Source of the DNA: Enoplolaimus lenunculus
Lineage: Eukaryota
Length of the DNA: 64,000 nt
Assembly: GCA_030248215.1 (NCBI GenBank)
Contig: JASANG010004128.1
Coordinates: 62,001 to 126,000 of the forward strand
Reading direction: 5' to 3'
Shown here in pieces: positions 23,286 to 41,800 of the stretch. How positions within the stretch are numbered: the first letter of the stretch is position 1; every line of letters starts with the position of its first letter. The position numbers and the translations under genes are program-made. Below the pieces are notes generated by a model. That model saw nothing but the letters and a program-made list of their open reading frames with translations, was not told the origin of the DNA and made no database searches.

Positions 23286-26200
23286 AATGTTTTCCTGTTA
23301 TAGTAGACTGCTTCTCGACAATGTTTCTCATCACTGTGTGTTGTGATAAAGTTCAAAAGAATTATAAACGTATAGCATATCCGGTAGGAGTTTGTGAGGA
23401 GGTAATGTATCCATCACTGCAGGGTTCAACCGGGATTTACGGTTCCGGTTTAATAATACAAACCGGAACTTATAACTTTACCATTATTGCAACCTCATTG
23501 TGTAAAAAAGCTATTGATTATGTTTTTAGGTTTTATTTGGTGGCAGTAAAATTTTTTGTTGAAGACTATCTTATAAAAATGAGTCTTCTCAGTAGTTGGA
23601 ACGTTTGTGAATTTTTGTAAAACTTCCTCTTCCGATTTAGCAGGTTAAGGATATCTAGTAACTTCCGGTCGAACGCTACATCGCTATCGCAAAGAAAGCA
23701 GTAGTCGGGGCGGCTCCATTAAATCACAAGTGGTGGACGACATGACAGATCAGACGGAAGGATACGGAACTCATTTATGCAGTATCAAAATGTTCTTAGT
23801 TAACAAACAGAATTAGCTTGAAGATTCGCTATCATTTGGTTTCTTTTCGTTAACACTAACAATCATTAAAGTGAGTTTAAGGACCGCAGTGGGTCAATCA
23901 TCGACATTTTTAATAGTTGTCATGTTTGTGAGATTTAGTGCTATTTATTTGTATGACGGTTGTAGACTGAGACCACAATTTGGCGCCCGCGGTACCGTTT
24001 CGGGAAATTTCTGGTGAACAAAAAGTATTCAGAGGCTCACGCCACATTACCACACACTTACGCTTAGGGTTAGAGCAAGGCTTTCCTATGTCTAAGCATA
24101 AACCTTTGCCTAACCGTTTTGTTAAGCATAAGCTTAAGTCTCAGCCTAATCTTTAACTAGTCATAATTCCAAGCCTTAAACCAGTAGATTCGTATCCAGT
24201 GTATAGCGTGCACATACATACGCTCGGAATATCAAACTAATTTAATTTGAAGACGTGTAGCAAACGATAAATCAGGAAATTCAAAAACCAGCCTTGAATA
24301 GCATTGCTTCAGGGTGCGACCAGATATGAATATCGTGTAATTACGGTTGTGATGCGGAACATTATAAAACTGCTACTGCTTTTTACAAATGGACATACGT
24401 ATTTAACATGTTGCTGCGATTACATTTCCGGGCAAGTTAAGAAGCTCATGTTTTCCACATGAAAAATTCAGGCTAACAATTAGTTTCATTTCAGTAAACG
24501 TAATACTTTTGCGCTACTTAAATAATTTCCAACCGTGCACAAGCTAAGATAATATAATCGGCCAGTGTTCGGTTCCTAAAAATCGCTATCCGGGTCCAGT
24601 TTCGGTATTCGGTAAGTTAATATCCGATCGCATCCTCTATCGTTTATTCTTTACCAGGTTCTTCAATACAAACTTTTTGTGTAAATTGCGAAGACAATGA
24701 GTATAATTGTTTTATGTGTCTGTCTGTGTTTGTAGCGTAAATTTGTATACCACAACGCTCTTTGGTGTCATTTTATGAACGTTCCGCGCAATATTTCTAT
24801 TTATAAACAATCGGTTTTAGTGTAACTAGTAAATCCGTAGTTGCACACATGTACAACTTTAGGTTTGGCTACCTTTCACAGACTCGTTCCACAACGAAAT
24901 TAAGTCAATACGTAAAGTCATGTATAAAAGCAACTGTCCTATCGTTTTACCAAAGAACAATTTTTTGCACCAAATGCCTTCGCCGTTTAATACCTATTCG
25001 AAAATACCGCAGTGTCTGCTAGCTATGGTTTTAGTTTAACATGAATAACATTCTACAACCATAAAGAAGGTAATCTTGAACATAGCGATCCTATTATCTG
25101 TATGTGTATAGTATTAAAATGTACTGTTTCCAAGTCGGTTATATAGTTCCAACTTCCACTATGCAGATCTTATGTGCACTGGCTTATACATGTCTGAAAA
25201 TTATGCGTATATACAAAGTTTCTACGATTGCCGTATACATACGACGATACACTGTATCTATTTTGAATATTCTTCAGCGCTGACAATAATATTTATATAC
25301 ATATATAGATATTATGTTAACGTTGGAAGGTTGCACAAAATACGTATAAAGGGCATTCCAGCTTTAATATATAGATATTGTGCACTGTTTATTAAGACAT
25401 AACTACAATCGGATGTCATTTCGCTTTTAGGGATGGTTTTACAGGTGCGCATATAGTTGTAACTTTTTGGTTTAACATGATAAATGATTGCTGTTCAACT
25501 CCTTCCAATTTTACCAAACCGCGTTTATTGACCGTCCCTTTCTTGGACACAATACGCCAATTTTTATGGCAATAAACAGTTGGAACAAACTGTCATTAAA
25601 CTGGGGCATGATCCAGAGCGAGCTCAGCCCATAGGGAAGATTTTTGCGCCCCCTCTCAAAAATTTTGAACCTTGTTTGTAAGTCAGCGAAAACCCATCCT
25701 CAGTTTCGTATTTACTCCACAGTGGAGAAGCCATTCACATTAAAAATTGCTTTGTCAAAAAGTTGGACACTATCAGTCGTCGGAAATTGCCAAGATGCAT
25801 CGAATAGTGTTAAATTTTCCTCATTCAGGCGATTGGTTAACCAGTTATTGTCAAATAATTGATTTGGTCATAACTCGTCAGCCAATCGGCTGAGCAAGGG
25901 AAGTTTAACAAAATAAAGCAAAGCAAGCTTTGTCCAATTATTATAATTTGTGTATTGTTTGACATTAAAATATTGGGCCCAAGGGGTATGAAATTTTAAA
26001 AATCGAATTTTGAAAAATTTGATTTAGGTGAGAAATCATCATCGGAGGCCATGAGAAGCTCCAATATGCAAGAAAAATTTTAAATCCAGCCATTTTGGGT
26101 AAACGCCGGATGGAAATATCATAAAGGGCGCCAATATTTAAGAAGTATATATACATATTTTTGTTCATAGATGGAACTGAAGTTAGCGCTGGCTTTCAGA

Positions 26201-29200
26201 AGGCATTCGAAGGATCAGAACTGCTAAGATTGGTTCATGCAAGCAATTACTTTTATATTCTACCACATGTACCTACTGCGGATGAGTTAATGCATTCCAA
26301 CTGATATAGCTTGTGTGTCCCACTAAAGGTAACTTTTGAAAGTGAAAGTAAAATTTTCACTTCAAAATTGTGTTTATATATTATTAGTAATAGTATCTAT
26401 AGCGTAGCGTTCCGCAGGAATTCTTGTTCCGGCCAGAATTTCGACAAAATTCATGTTCTTGTTCCGGTGTCACGGGATAATCCTTCCCCGTTTAGTTCTC
26501 CCCCGGAAGAATTAAACTAGTGTATTCCGCCGCTCACGGTATAATTCTTCCCCCCCCCGGACGATTTAGACTAAATCGGACAACCCGTTTAATTCTTCCC
26601 CCAGACGAATTAGACTAAATCAGACAAGTTTAGTTTACTCACGGTACAATCTTCTCCCCGTATGTTTCCCTGACACCAGTCATGACAGAATTTTTTCCTG
26701 TGTTGAATTCCACCCCTTCGAACCGTCCGTCATCTTGTCAAACTGTTGTACAATTTGTTTCAGAATACCAACTTCATAAAATTTGAATATTACCTTTCCT
26801 ACTTTTTTGCAAACGCAATTTGATCGTGCCCGACCTCAGATTTGAGATTTGTGACGTAAAACAAAAGATATTGATTTTTACATAACAAAAAAGATATTGC
26901 CAAACATTGCTGGATTCGGCTTTTGGATTCGACTTTTTTACAACCGAATTCGAGCAAGTTTTGCGAATCAGAACTTTTGTTGCCACCTGGTCATGACTGT
27001 TGGTAGAACAAATCACTTGTTTCTAGTTTTAACGAAATGGAAATTTCCCAAATTATACGTGTTATTCTAAAAATTTGATTAAAACCCATTTTCTTCTTTC
27101 TTTGCGTAAAAAATATAAGATTATTATTCTATTTAAATCGAAATTTAATAAAATTTCGTAATGAACGCAGTACTATGCATTTTAATTGCACACAAATGTT
27201 CCCGAAGATTGTCGTATATGCGTACATAATGTATGTTACAAATACAGCGGTGCTGAATATATAAGCCAGATGGCTTCTAAATTGAAGGGGGCTTTTAATT
27301 AAAGAATTAAACCAAAGCTTGCGGAATTATTAATTTGGTATAATTCAACCGGGGAAAAGTTATACAGGGGATGCGGCGGCGCGCCCCGGCGTGCGGTTTA
27401 GTAAAGTATAGCGCATCCCTTAATCTCTTCAGTCTTCACAGATAATTATTGAAATCATTGGTTGATGTAAAATTAAAATGTTGGCCGCTGCGATATAGCG
27501 CTGCGCTTGTGTCAAATGGAGCAATATTTTCACAGTTTCTTGCGTATGCCGCCGAAATCTAATATCTATATATATTCAAAGTTTTATACGCCTAAGCAAG
27601 AACGCAGGGTGTATGAGACTGAATGGCTATATATTGACGTTAGGTTTCGATTTTGAAATACTATCTGTTCCGTTTATGAGGCGTTCGTCGAACGGAAAAG
27701 CCCCGCTTAAAAGGGATTGTACTGTTGGTGCAGTTATGTTGCGGTTATGAAATCATACAAGGTACATGAATATTATGGACATTCATAGTTTTGAAATTTA
27801 TGTTTGTCCGACATTGATAAAGTGCTTATATCATGAATCCGGTGTTGTGTGGGTACCATGTATTGTGCATATGTGTTGTTTGCGTATGTAAAGGATGTGG
27901 AATGTAATCAGATATTTCAAAACACTCCGTAATTGTCTCGTTCTAAAACTGAAAATGCGTCTTATATTGTTGAATTAGACTCGCATGCTACGTTATTTAT
28001 ATATAGCAATATTTTCACCTTATGTTCTGTTTACCAGTGATGGAAATGGGTCATGATGTACGGTCCATGGGCCACTGCGATGCGACCAATTTGTTGTTAA
28101 CCCATAATTTAGTAATTCACGATTCACGTCCTGGTTAGCATTAGGTGTCATGTATGTTCAATTCGACAAGTTCTTTTAATGCTCTAAACGAAAATTTCTA
28201 GTTTGAATTGCCTCGTAATCCGTTCTGCCGTGCTGTGATTTTCTTTTATGTTCGCTGTATTAATTGCGCTGAATAAACGCTCTGGAACGGCGTGAGCTCG
28301 CCAATATATGTGTTACATGAATCAAACTTCGGACCTGTGGCACATCGTGGCCGATTAAAATTAGCAAAGCTTTATCATGTGGCCAATTTCTAATCGGAGT
28401 GTGTGTGTGTGCTAAGAGCAGTAAGGACTTCGCTGTACGTTTTCACGCCGCGCGTCGCCAATCAGACCGCGCTGCGCTGTCAACCTGTCAACCGACGTTC
28501 CACAAAAATATATTACGTGTTTCATGAAATATTTTTTGTCATGCAGTGCGGCGAGCGCGGTGCGACACTTAGCGTTTTGTTCCATAACATTAGGAATTTA
28601 TGTTCATGTTAACGATACTTTGATACATGCTACAAGCTGTAGGCATGAACAACACAATTGAACCCATCACGTGATGTTTGCAACGCAGGAAATATCGAAT
28701 AAGCAGTTTATATTTTTGCCGTTTATGTTGTATTGTCATTGTACCTATTTACGCATTAATATGTGTATCATCCATCCCAATCCATGTTACCTAATATATA
28801 TATGCGGATATATAAAAATTTTTGTGTTCTTTATGGGTCGCCTTTCTGTATTGTGAGCGTGGTAAATGTGTCATTGTAATAGTTATATGGCATAGTTTCA
28901 GATTTCAATTAAGATAAAATTGTTAAGTTTATCTTCTATGTAACCTCTACAATGCCAAAGTGTCCAACAGATTAGAATTCTGTTGTTGCAGTGTTTCAAA
29001 AGACGAAACTGTGCATTATACTTGGTAATGTTTTATGTATATTTGTTTCAAAGTTGTGCATACGTTTTTGTAGTTTATTCTGCTTGTTAATAGGTTGTAT
29101 ATCATTGTTTGGCATACTGTTTTGCCAGCAGCCATTTTTTGGTGCCTGGTGCATTGTTGTCTTTCGAAAGCTTGCACACTATAGATAGCGCCTATTTCAG

Positions 29201-30736
29201 TATGCTCTAGCACATATTTATACTTTCTTCAACTTTTTTAATTATATTGGTTGGCTAGATTATAGGTAAATTGAGTAAGAAACGTAACTAAAAGATAATT
29301 AAGCACTGCTATGGGCCATCTGAATTGGTTCTAACATGGTGTGGAGCTTAAACAGGGCAGTAATCGCAACAGCACCTGATACAGCGGACAAGGTATTTGT
29401 AATATTGAACAGAGTGTGAATCCTATTGTGGAATTTTGATGAGTTGAGGTCCGTATCTATAGGGAAAACAGGAGGTTCAAGCTGATCCCTCGAGGAAATT
29501 TTTGCAGTGTCTTGTGAAGTCAGCAAAATACACCGTCTAAAGTTATTTTACCCACACCCCAGTATGTTGAGCTGGCTACGGGATTATATATGAGTTGCGA
29601 ACAATGATGGAACATTTATGTGAATACTCCAGCAGATTGGACAACCACACAATTCATATTTGGATGTTTCATAAACGACAATTGTCATCAAAATGAATCA
29701 AGATGCTTTTTAAAAACCGTCGCTTATCGTTTACAACTGTTTGTTGTCAGTTAAGTATTAGTCAAGCCATGTGCAAAATAGACCGTAGCATGAGATTGCT
29801 TACTTTGCAACGTTTCGAAATATACTTTATTTGTGTTTGCATTGATTGTTTTCATTCCGTGCTTCATTCTGCTATCATTTGCAGAAGCTATTTCTCACGG
29901 AGCTGGTACACGTTTGGTATGTATATACATATATATACTTCGGGTTATGTTTCGGCTTTGATAATTCCTGGAAGTTACTTAAAACTTATAAAACTGCATT
30001 GAAATTTCATTGTCATACGTTTCATTTTTGTGATAGGATGCAAAATATTTCAGTTTTTAATGTCTTAAAGCAATGCTGTCAAATTTACATTGTTTACTCT
30101 TGCGTTTTATGTTTTGAATTGAAGCAAACGGTTTTATGATGTTCTGATTGGTTACTTGTCGACCACCTGAAATGTAGTGCTTTTTGAAGCCGGACACCCG
30201 TGTTGGAGCGACTGGGTTAGAAATAAAAAAATACGTTTTCGCGTTTTATGATTCTTGATATGCTTTGTGTTATACTATAACGTATTTTATTGTACAATGG
30301 CCAGGTTTTGCTTTTTCCTTAATATGCGTTAATGAAAAAATGCCTGAAAATTATTTATTGTGTGCTGCGTATATATACCCTACACATTAATGTGAGCATA
30401 CTTAATTTTGCGCTATCTATTTTGTGTCATTCTGTAGCATAACGAATGCGATTTTTGCGCACGACAGAGAATTGAAAATCTTTGTGCCGAAATCTATTCG
30501 ATGTGAGTAAAAGCTTTCAGTGTTAACATTTATAACGAGCGGATACGGTATCACGGTGCGATCAGAGGTAAAACAAATACCGCAGACGGAAGTCAACAAA
30601 ACGTGCCAGAATTTGACGCGAAATTGGTTTTAGAATGTTTAATTTGTCAATTTTAACAAATGTCAGAATTAAACGTTGTCAAAAACTTTTAAGAATTTCT
30701 ACAATATGTTCTCGAAATTGCATCAAAACAAAATAG

Positions 30737-32037
30737 CAGGGTGGAACCGGAGGTGAAAAATACCGGAGTCGGAGATCAACAAAACTTGCCGGAGCCGGAG
30801 GTAAGGCGAAATTCGGTAGTAAAAATGATGGTTAGTTAATTCTAGCCAATATCGATAATACTTACGTTGTTCAGTTGTTTGATTTTAGGCTACAACGAAA
30901 CACGCTAAACAGATAAATTTTGCAAAATTTTACTACTGAAATTGCCGTTATCTCCGGTAAAAAAATGACGGTTAATTAGTTAATTTTAGCCAATATCTGC
31001 AATATGTTGTCAAGTTGTTTGATTTTACGCTAATTTTCTTGAACATTTCGGAAATTCTTTCCTGAAAATTGTGTCAAAAGTAAAACGAAATGCGCTAAAC
31101 AGATAAATTTTGGAAAATTGTGCAAAATTTTACTACCGAAGTTGCAAGAACCTCCGGCAAATGTTCTACCGTAGTCGGAGCTGAAGGGTGATTTTCTGCC
31201 GGAGCCGGAGGCATACCTCCGATTGTAACCTGGCATTAAAAGGCACACTGTTCTTCTCCATCGAAAGTTGAGCACGAAAAGCATAACCAGCTTGGCCCTG
31301 TTACGACAAAATAAAGGTCGCTTATATTGATTGAACCGAAAGTGATTACTATACCTTCTAGAAATTGAATCCTCAGTTTCCACGCAACCGCTTTGCCTCA
31401 GCAAATAGAGAAATGAAAACAATGATGACTTTCACGTAAAGACAACTGGCACTCAGGGTGGAACCGGAATTTCGATTCCGGTAAAGTGACCTTCCGGCTC
31501 CTCTAAATTTTTACCGGAATAAAAATTCCGGTATTGAATTTTGGTCGGTCGAAATTAAGATATTTTCCTAAAAATGACTATAGAAATTAAGTAATTTCTA
31601 TTTGTATAGTATATAAACCTTGACAATCGTCGAAAATAAACCATCGAAGGTACATATTTCGCTTCCGTGAATTATGAAAATCTAATAAGATCAGGCGCGG
31701 AACGTTTTTCTGTAGGACTAGAATAGAGTATCATGCTTAAAGCTGAAGACTAATTTTTTTCCGTGGCTTAGGCATAGGCATTAGCACTGGCCTTTAACTT
31801 TAACATCTTTTGAGAGAAAAATCAGTAATTAGCTAATATTAGCCAATAATATTCAATATGTTGCCAAGTTGTTGATCTTTTACGCTAGTTTTGTGCGAAA
31901 TTTCGGAAATTCTTTCCTGAAAAATGTGGCATAAATTTTGCTATCGAAATTGCAGGAACCTCAGGCAAAAATTCTACCGGAGCCAGAGGCCGATTTTCTA
32001 CCGGAGCCGGATGCAGTCCTCCTCCGGTCGTACCCTG
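30737..32037. mobile_element. Cluster of CAGGGTG(G/C)AACCGGA-type MITEs (30737-31232 and 31455-32037) between the two convergent genes
   Basis: Repeated termini CAGGGTGGAACCGGA...CCGGTCGTACCCTG and shared internal blocks (TTTCGGAAATTCTTTCCTGAAAA, GAACCTC.GGCAAA..TTCTACCG). No clean TSD. Confidence 0.65.
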
Positions 32038-32633
32038 CAGGTTAGCCTTGTTTTCTGCCGGAATTAGTGCTAGCTCGCTTTTTCTGTTTGAAAAACTCGA
32101 TATAGCCGAGATTGTTAAAATGAAAATTCGGGCAGAAACAGTTTTCCACTCGGTGTAGCCCCGATATTCAGGCTAACCTCTTTGTGCGAAATTCGAGCTG
32201 CGAGAACGGTCTGGACTTTCCGGGAAGAAAATCTAGCCCGTAAAAGATTGTTGAAAACATCGCCAGAATTACTGTTCCGCTCGACAAAATGCAACATATA
32301 GTATTTATTATTTTAACATACTGGCTGCCGACGTTCGCTGCAAAAACGTTTCAGGAGCTGTTTGGGCGGAAACACCTTTCATAAATACTAATTGCAGTTG
32401 TGAGTAATTTAAAGCTAGTTATACAAAGTTTTGTGTTGATAGGTTTTTGCCAACAAAGAACAAATTGCGATTGCGGACATAGATGATGTCTAACATTCCT
32501 CGGAATTCTTAACGCATACACCACACGCAAAAATTAAGTATGTTATAATAATATATACACAAGCCATCAGGGAGTAAAAAGATATCAAAAACGAATTAAT
32601 GACGATTTGAAAACTAGGAACAATTTTGTAACT

Positions 32634-32639
32634 TTTATT
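32634..32639 (-). terminator. Candidate poly(A) signal of uaf-1
   Basis: AATAAA on the minus strand ~465 nt after the stop codon, followed by T-rich sequence. Confidence 0.5.
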
Positions 32640-33102
32640 CCAAAACACTGTTCATGAACAAATTTTAGAAAAAACATTATAAAGTATAACGCACCATATA
32701 CAAGCAAATATGAAAAGTTCTAGGATCTCTCAACGTAAATCAATCGTAGGAAACAAATCTAGTTACTCCCTGTTAAAAGATAAACTGAAAATGAAACACA
32801 CCAGTAGTCTCAAGGTGATGCTTCTATTCTAGATTGTGCCTTGACTGTTAAATTCTTTCATTAGCATTTACCATACTTCGGATTTTTTAATTAGAAACAA
32901 ATTCTGATAAATCAAAGAAAAACACTCGTTGAATATAAAATTTCAATCACCATCGCTAACCAACGGGTCAGCTTGTGTATTTTAGCGGAACAATCTTAAT
33001 CCTCGAGCTGAAACGACAAACAATTACTCAGTAATTAAACACCTTATCAGATGCGAGCAGCTGTAGTTCAAATTCTCTGTGTTATACGTAGACATTGATT
33101 TT

Positions 33103-37895
<4,793 letters not shown>

Positions 37896-37957
37896 TGTTC
37901 GCAAATGGATGCAACACCTTTTGCGTTTAGTATACGTATGTCTTTACACGTTTAAAA

Positions 37958-37970
37958 CTGAAATAAATTA
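37958..37970 (-). promoter_or_regulatory. 3' splice acceptor upstream of the uaf-1 ATG (trans-splice or 5'-UTR intron)
   Basis: TAATTTATTTCAG| lies 62 nt before the ATG at 37895. Confidence 0.45.
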
Positions 37971-38311
37971 CAAGCATAGACGCACTTTGCAACTACATGC
38001 CATTTTGAATTTTACGATTTTAATAACAATGTTTAAACTTTAACGGAACTGCGATCTCAACCGTAACAAAATACAAACACAACTATGCATAAACATGAAC
38101 GTTAGATATACGTTCTTTTCACCAAGGTTGTCCCTTGACCGTCCAACCTAGTTTCGACTGGATACCGTGTTTATAGCGCAGCTATTTACTATTGCGCTCA
38201 CGGCGCCGCCCACATGTCATGTCAGTTAAGGTAGGATAGTAGCTACGCAGTACACAGCCTAGCACACAACGTAGTCAACAACCATAAATAACTAGCACAA
38301 GTTGACGCAGC

Positions 38312-38385
38312 GCCGCGATAGCTCAGTGGGTAAGAGCGTTGGCCCGTTTAACCAAAGGTCGCTGGTTAGAATCCAACCGCAGTTA
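38312..38385 (+). pseudogene. tRNA-Asn(GTT)-like pseudogene or SINE head, divergent from uaf-1
   Basis: GCCGCGATAGCTCAGTGGGTAAGAGCG-TTGGC-CCGTTTA-ACCAA-AGGTC-GCTGGTTAGAATCCAAC. D-arm and anticodon arm are recognisable; the T-loop is mutated (TTAG) and the acceptor stem is broken. Confidence 0.6.
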
Positions 38386-40554
38386 ATTGTTTCAACAACG
38401 TCGCAGTCGCACTAACATAAATTACATACATTGCCCGTTGTCGGACAGGGGTCCTGTAGCTGCTCCACAACCACAGTTCCCCCGCCCTCAGTTGCCCCGG
38501 GTACTGTATATGCCCTCCTGTGGCCACTAATCAGCGTTTCTTGTATTTTGAGTTATTTTTGCTCGCGCATTCCATTTTCCTACACAAAACCCTTAAATCT
38601 TCCAAAAATCTACCCAATATTCCTTACTTATTTTCTGCCAATTTTCCGAATTATTCCTTGAGTTTTCTGGCTAATAATAATTAGTACGTAGCTAGAATAT
38701 AGTGAGCATTCGGACATATTTACTTATGTGACATATTACGTGTATTCCGAAAATTGCTCGTTTTAACGAGATTAACCTGAATTGCGCAAATTGTCATAGT
38801 TTTCCGCCAGAAATGCGGCTTTGACTTCTGCCCTAACGGAAATATTGCTTTTGACCAGGAAAATACCAGTTTTATTAACGACGGTTCGTATTTTCTGCAC
38901 ATTGTGTGTTCTTTGTTGCAAATTGTGCAACTGTTGATCCGACGGCTTGTATAAGCATTATTTTCATCGCGTTTAATCTCTTTGGAAAAAATTGCCGTGA
39001 ATATGGATCTTTACTATGGCTTGTGTGTGTTTCAGGGTCTACGATGCTAGCGTAGTCGCTCTTCACCAACGGCACGGCCAGTTTTCAAGATTTACTATGA
39101 AACGTTTGTACAGAAAGGCACAGATATGGTTATACGGAAGACAATGTCATACAAGAGTTAAACAGTTATGGCAGGCAATAATGCAACGCGGTTATTACCG
39201 GAGATGCAAGATGCAGCTGGTCCAAGCCTAGCACTTCGATGCACTTAAGTCCTAGGTTAATGATTTATACGACTGGTTATAGTTCTGATTGTTATTTGTA
39301 GGATACTAGTAAACTTCAAAAGGTGTTGTCTGAGCGGTCAAGAGCGTGACCGATCTTCGGTGTATCCGCTGAACGCGCTACCTAATAAACAGAGGCTCCG
39401 GCGCTCAACACACCGGACTCGGTTTTATATATAAACGTTCCGCCCATTGTAATTTTAATTTTTGTACAAATGTTATACAATATTTCCAATATGTCGATCA
39501 AATTTCTTACCAACAAAGGAAAACTTCGCAAACTTATATCGTAAATACTTAAAAACAGATTAAAACAGAATAATCAAACAAAAAAGCGACCAATCTTCAG
39601 TTCAATACTTCCATACTAACTATTTTGGGCTAGTCGCCCACGCATATACAAAATTTGCATAATTTTATACGTAAATTTGATTTTTATTTTTAACTTTATT
39701 TCCCGACTTTGTTGCCTTTTCATGTTTGTTTCTTTTTCTTTCGTTGCGGCCATTTTACCCCTAGCTTATGTCGTTACCCAATATACCACAGGATTTAGAC
39801 CGTTTATACCTGGATTTGACACAAAACTGTTACCCGATTTGGACCTAATTTCGAGATGTCCCAAAATTCCGTAATTATGTGATTCGTGAATCAAATTAAT
39901 GTCTATTACGTTGGTTTTGAACACGGTGCCGCACTATTTGTTCTGACTACGTTGCCGTATTATTCGTTATTTGTTCGTATTAAAAGTATTAAACTCGCAA
40001 AACTCGATTTTAAAACTCCAGAACGTACTAACCCGAGTCAAATCAATTAAGAACCGCACGAGCCAAGAACTCGAATTTTCGGATATTTTAGCTTCAAACC
40101 TGGGCCAAATTGCGAAGTCCAAAGCTGATACCCGTAAGACCGCACAACCTTACAAAACCTAAACTCGTGCATGTCGAATAAAACAAATCAGAAATAAAGC
40201 CATTTTAAATCTTTGTCGGTATTTCAAGTCGTGTACAGTTTGTTTAATTTTCTCTCAACGCTTTCCGATGAGCATTTAGTTCCCGTTATAAACTACTAGC
40301 TAAGTAACTACTGGTGATCATAAAGTTTGTTTTATAATATTATTTCGCAAGAATGTTTTAAATCGAATTCTGAGCAAGATCGTTGATATGCTTTTAAAGC
40401 ACAATTCATCGTGTAACATTCGATAACATTTGTAAGGAGAACGCAAAACTTAATCTTGATTTAAAGTTATAATAGGACATAACTCAAATCTCTGCTGCAC
40501 AACAAACGTTGAACATAGATGAGTTTAACTGTACGAAAATACATTTATGTCTTT

Positions 40555-41800
40555 ATTGTGGTAACCATGCGTTTTCACGCGTTCAGATAAAAGGTGCATC
40601 CGTTTTCGCCAGCAAAACCAGGCCCACGTTCTGAAACGTGAAACACCATTAACCTGCTTGTGAAAGGTTTTGTAACTTTTGAAATATTGAAATGAATGAT
40701 GAGGTACGAATTCAACATGCTTTTCACATTTGATTTGTCCTACTTATATGAACTTTGAGATGCGCAATTGCAGGAGTTCGTTGGTTTGAAAACCTATGGC
40801 TATCGGTGAAAGGTGCAGTACGAATTTCAGAATACGTGCCAACGAGGCAAGGACATAATTAATTCAGTCGGATTCGGATTACAACAGTCAGAGGTTCATA
40901 TCTCTGATACCCAGCAAATATTATGCTGCAGAATCAAAAAACATGAAGAAAGTAAAGCTTCTAGTCATAAGATGTGTGTTTTTACAGAAAAAACAAAAAC
41001 TAAAATACTATTCGTTTAATTGCAATTCGCTATATATAATTTTTTAACATATAGGATCGATCTTTAGTTCACAATCGGCCTATACCGCTTTTTCTATACT
41101 GCGGTAACCATGTGTGTTCGCACATTCGAATAAATAGGGAAAACTGTTCTTCGCCGGGAACAAAGAGTCCGTATTCCAAATGTGTTGTGCGTAGCCTCGC
41201 TTTACCAATTGGTGGTAGGTTCATTAACTCAAATTGAAAAATGATGAGGTACGAAGTTCAACCTACTTTTCACCTTTGTTTAACCTACTTCGATTCCAAC
41301 ATAGCGACCCGCAGCTGCAGAATTTTGTCAGTTTGAAAACCTGTGGCTAACTGAAACTGGTGATGGGTGTTATGCATTGAGAACACGTGCCTGGGTTGCA
41401 GACATCACTAAACTCGGATTCTAATTCTTTCTGGACTACTTTCGAAATCGATTGAAAAAGTCAAAGCTCGACCTTGTGCCAGTGTACTGTATGCTGTTGT
41501 GTACATAGCAATTCACCATAATTTTTGGTATCAACGCTCATGACAGTTCAAAATTCGTGCGTAAACGGTAGTCATATAAACAACACTATGGGTGTGATTT
41601 GCGCGGGCAAATGTAAAACGTAAAGATATCTTTTAAGACGGCCTGCAACCCAGCCGACAAAGGTTCGAAACCCAAAAATAACATATTCTTTCTATTTCGG
41701 ATACCTAAAAACCCTATGCTGCAATTTTCGCTCTTGTCGAACATATAATGTGTCCTGTTGGACATAAACACGTGATCACTGTTGTATTGCATTGGAATTA
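40555..41800 (-). pseudogene. Decayed coding region with two diverged tandem units ~545 bp apart (40555-40880 and 41100-41420) and a KDZ-transposase-like segment (41480-41790)
   Basis: The units differ by codon-like substitutions (GGT TTT CAA ACC/ACT; CTG CAA TTG CGC / CTG CAG CTG CGG) and share FVPHH. Multiple stops and frameshifts. Confidence 0.4.

Noticed and set aside
27898..27920. miR-1-like TGGAATGTAA
   Set aside because: Only the first 10 nt match and no precursor hairpin is visible.
38312..38385. Functional tRNA-Asn gene
   Set aside because: The acceptor stem does not pair and the T-loop and anticodon loop deviate; kept only as a pseudogene or SINE head.
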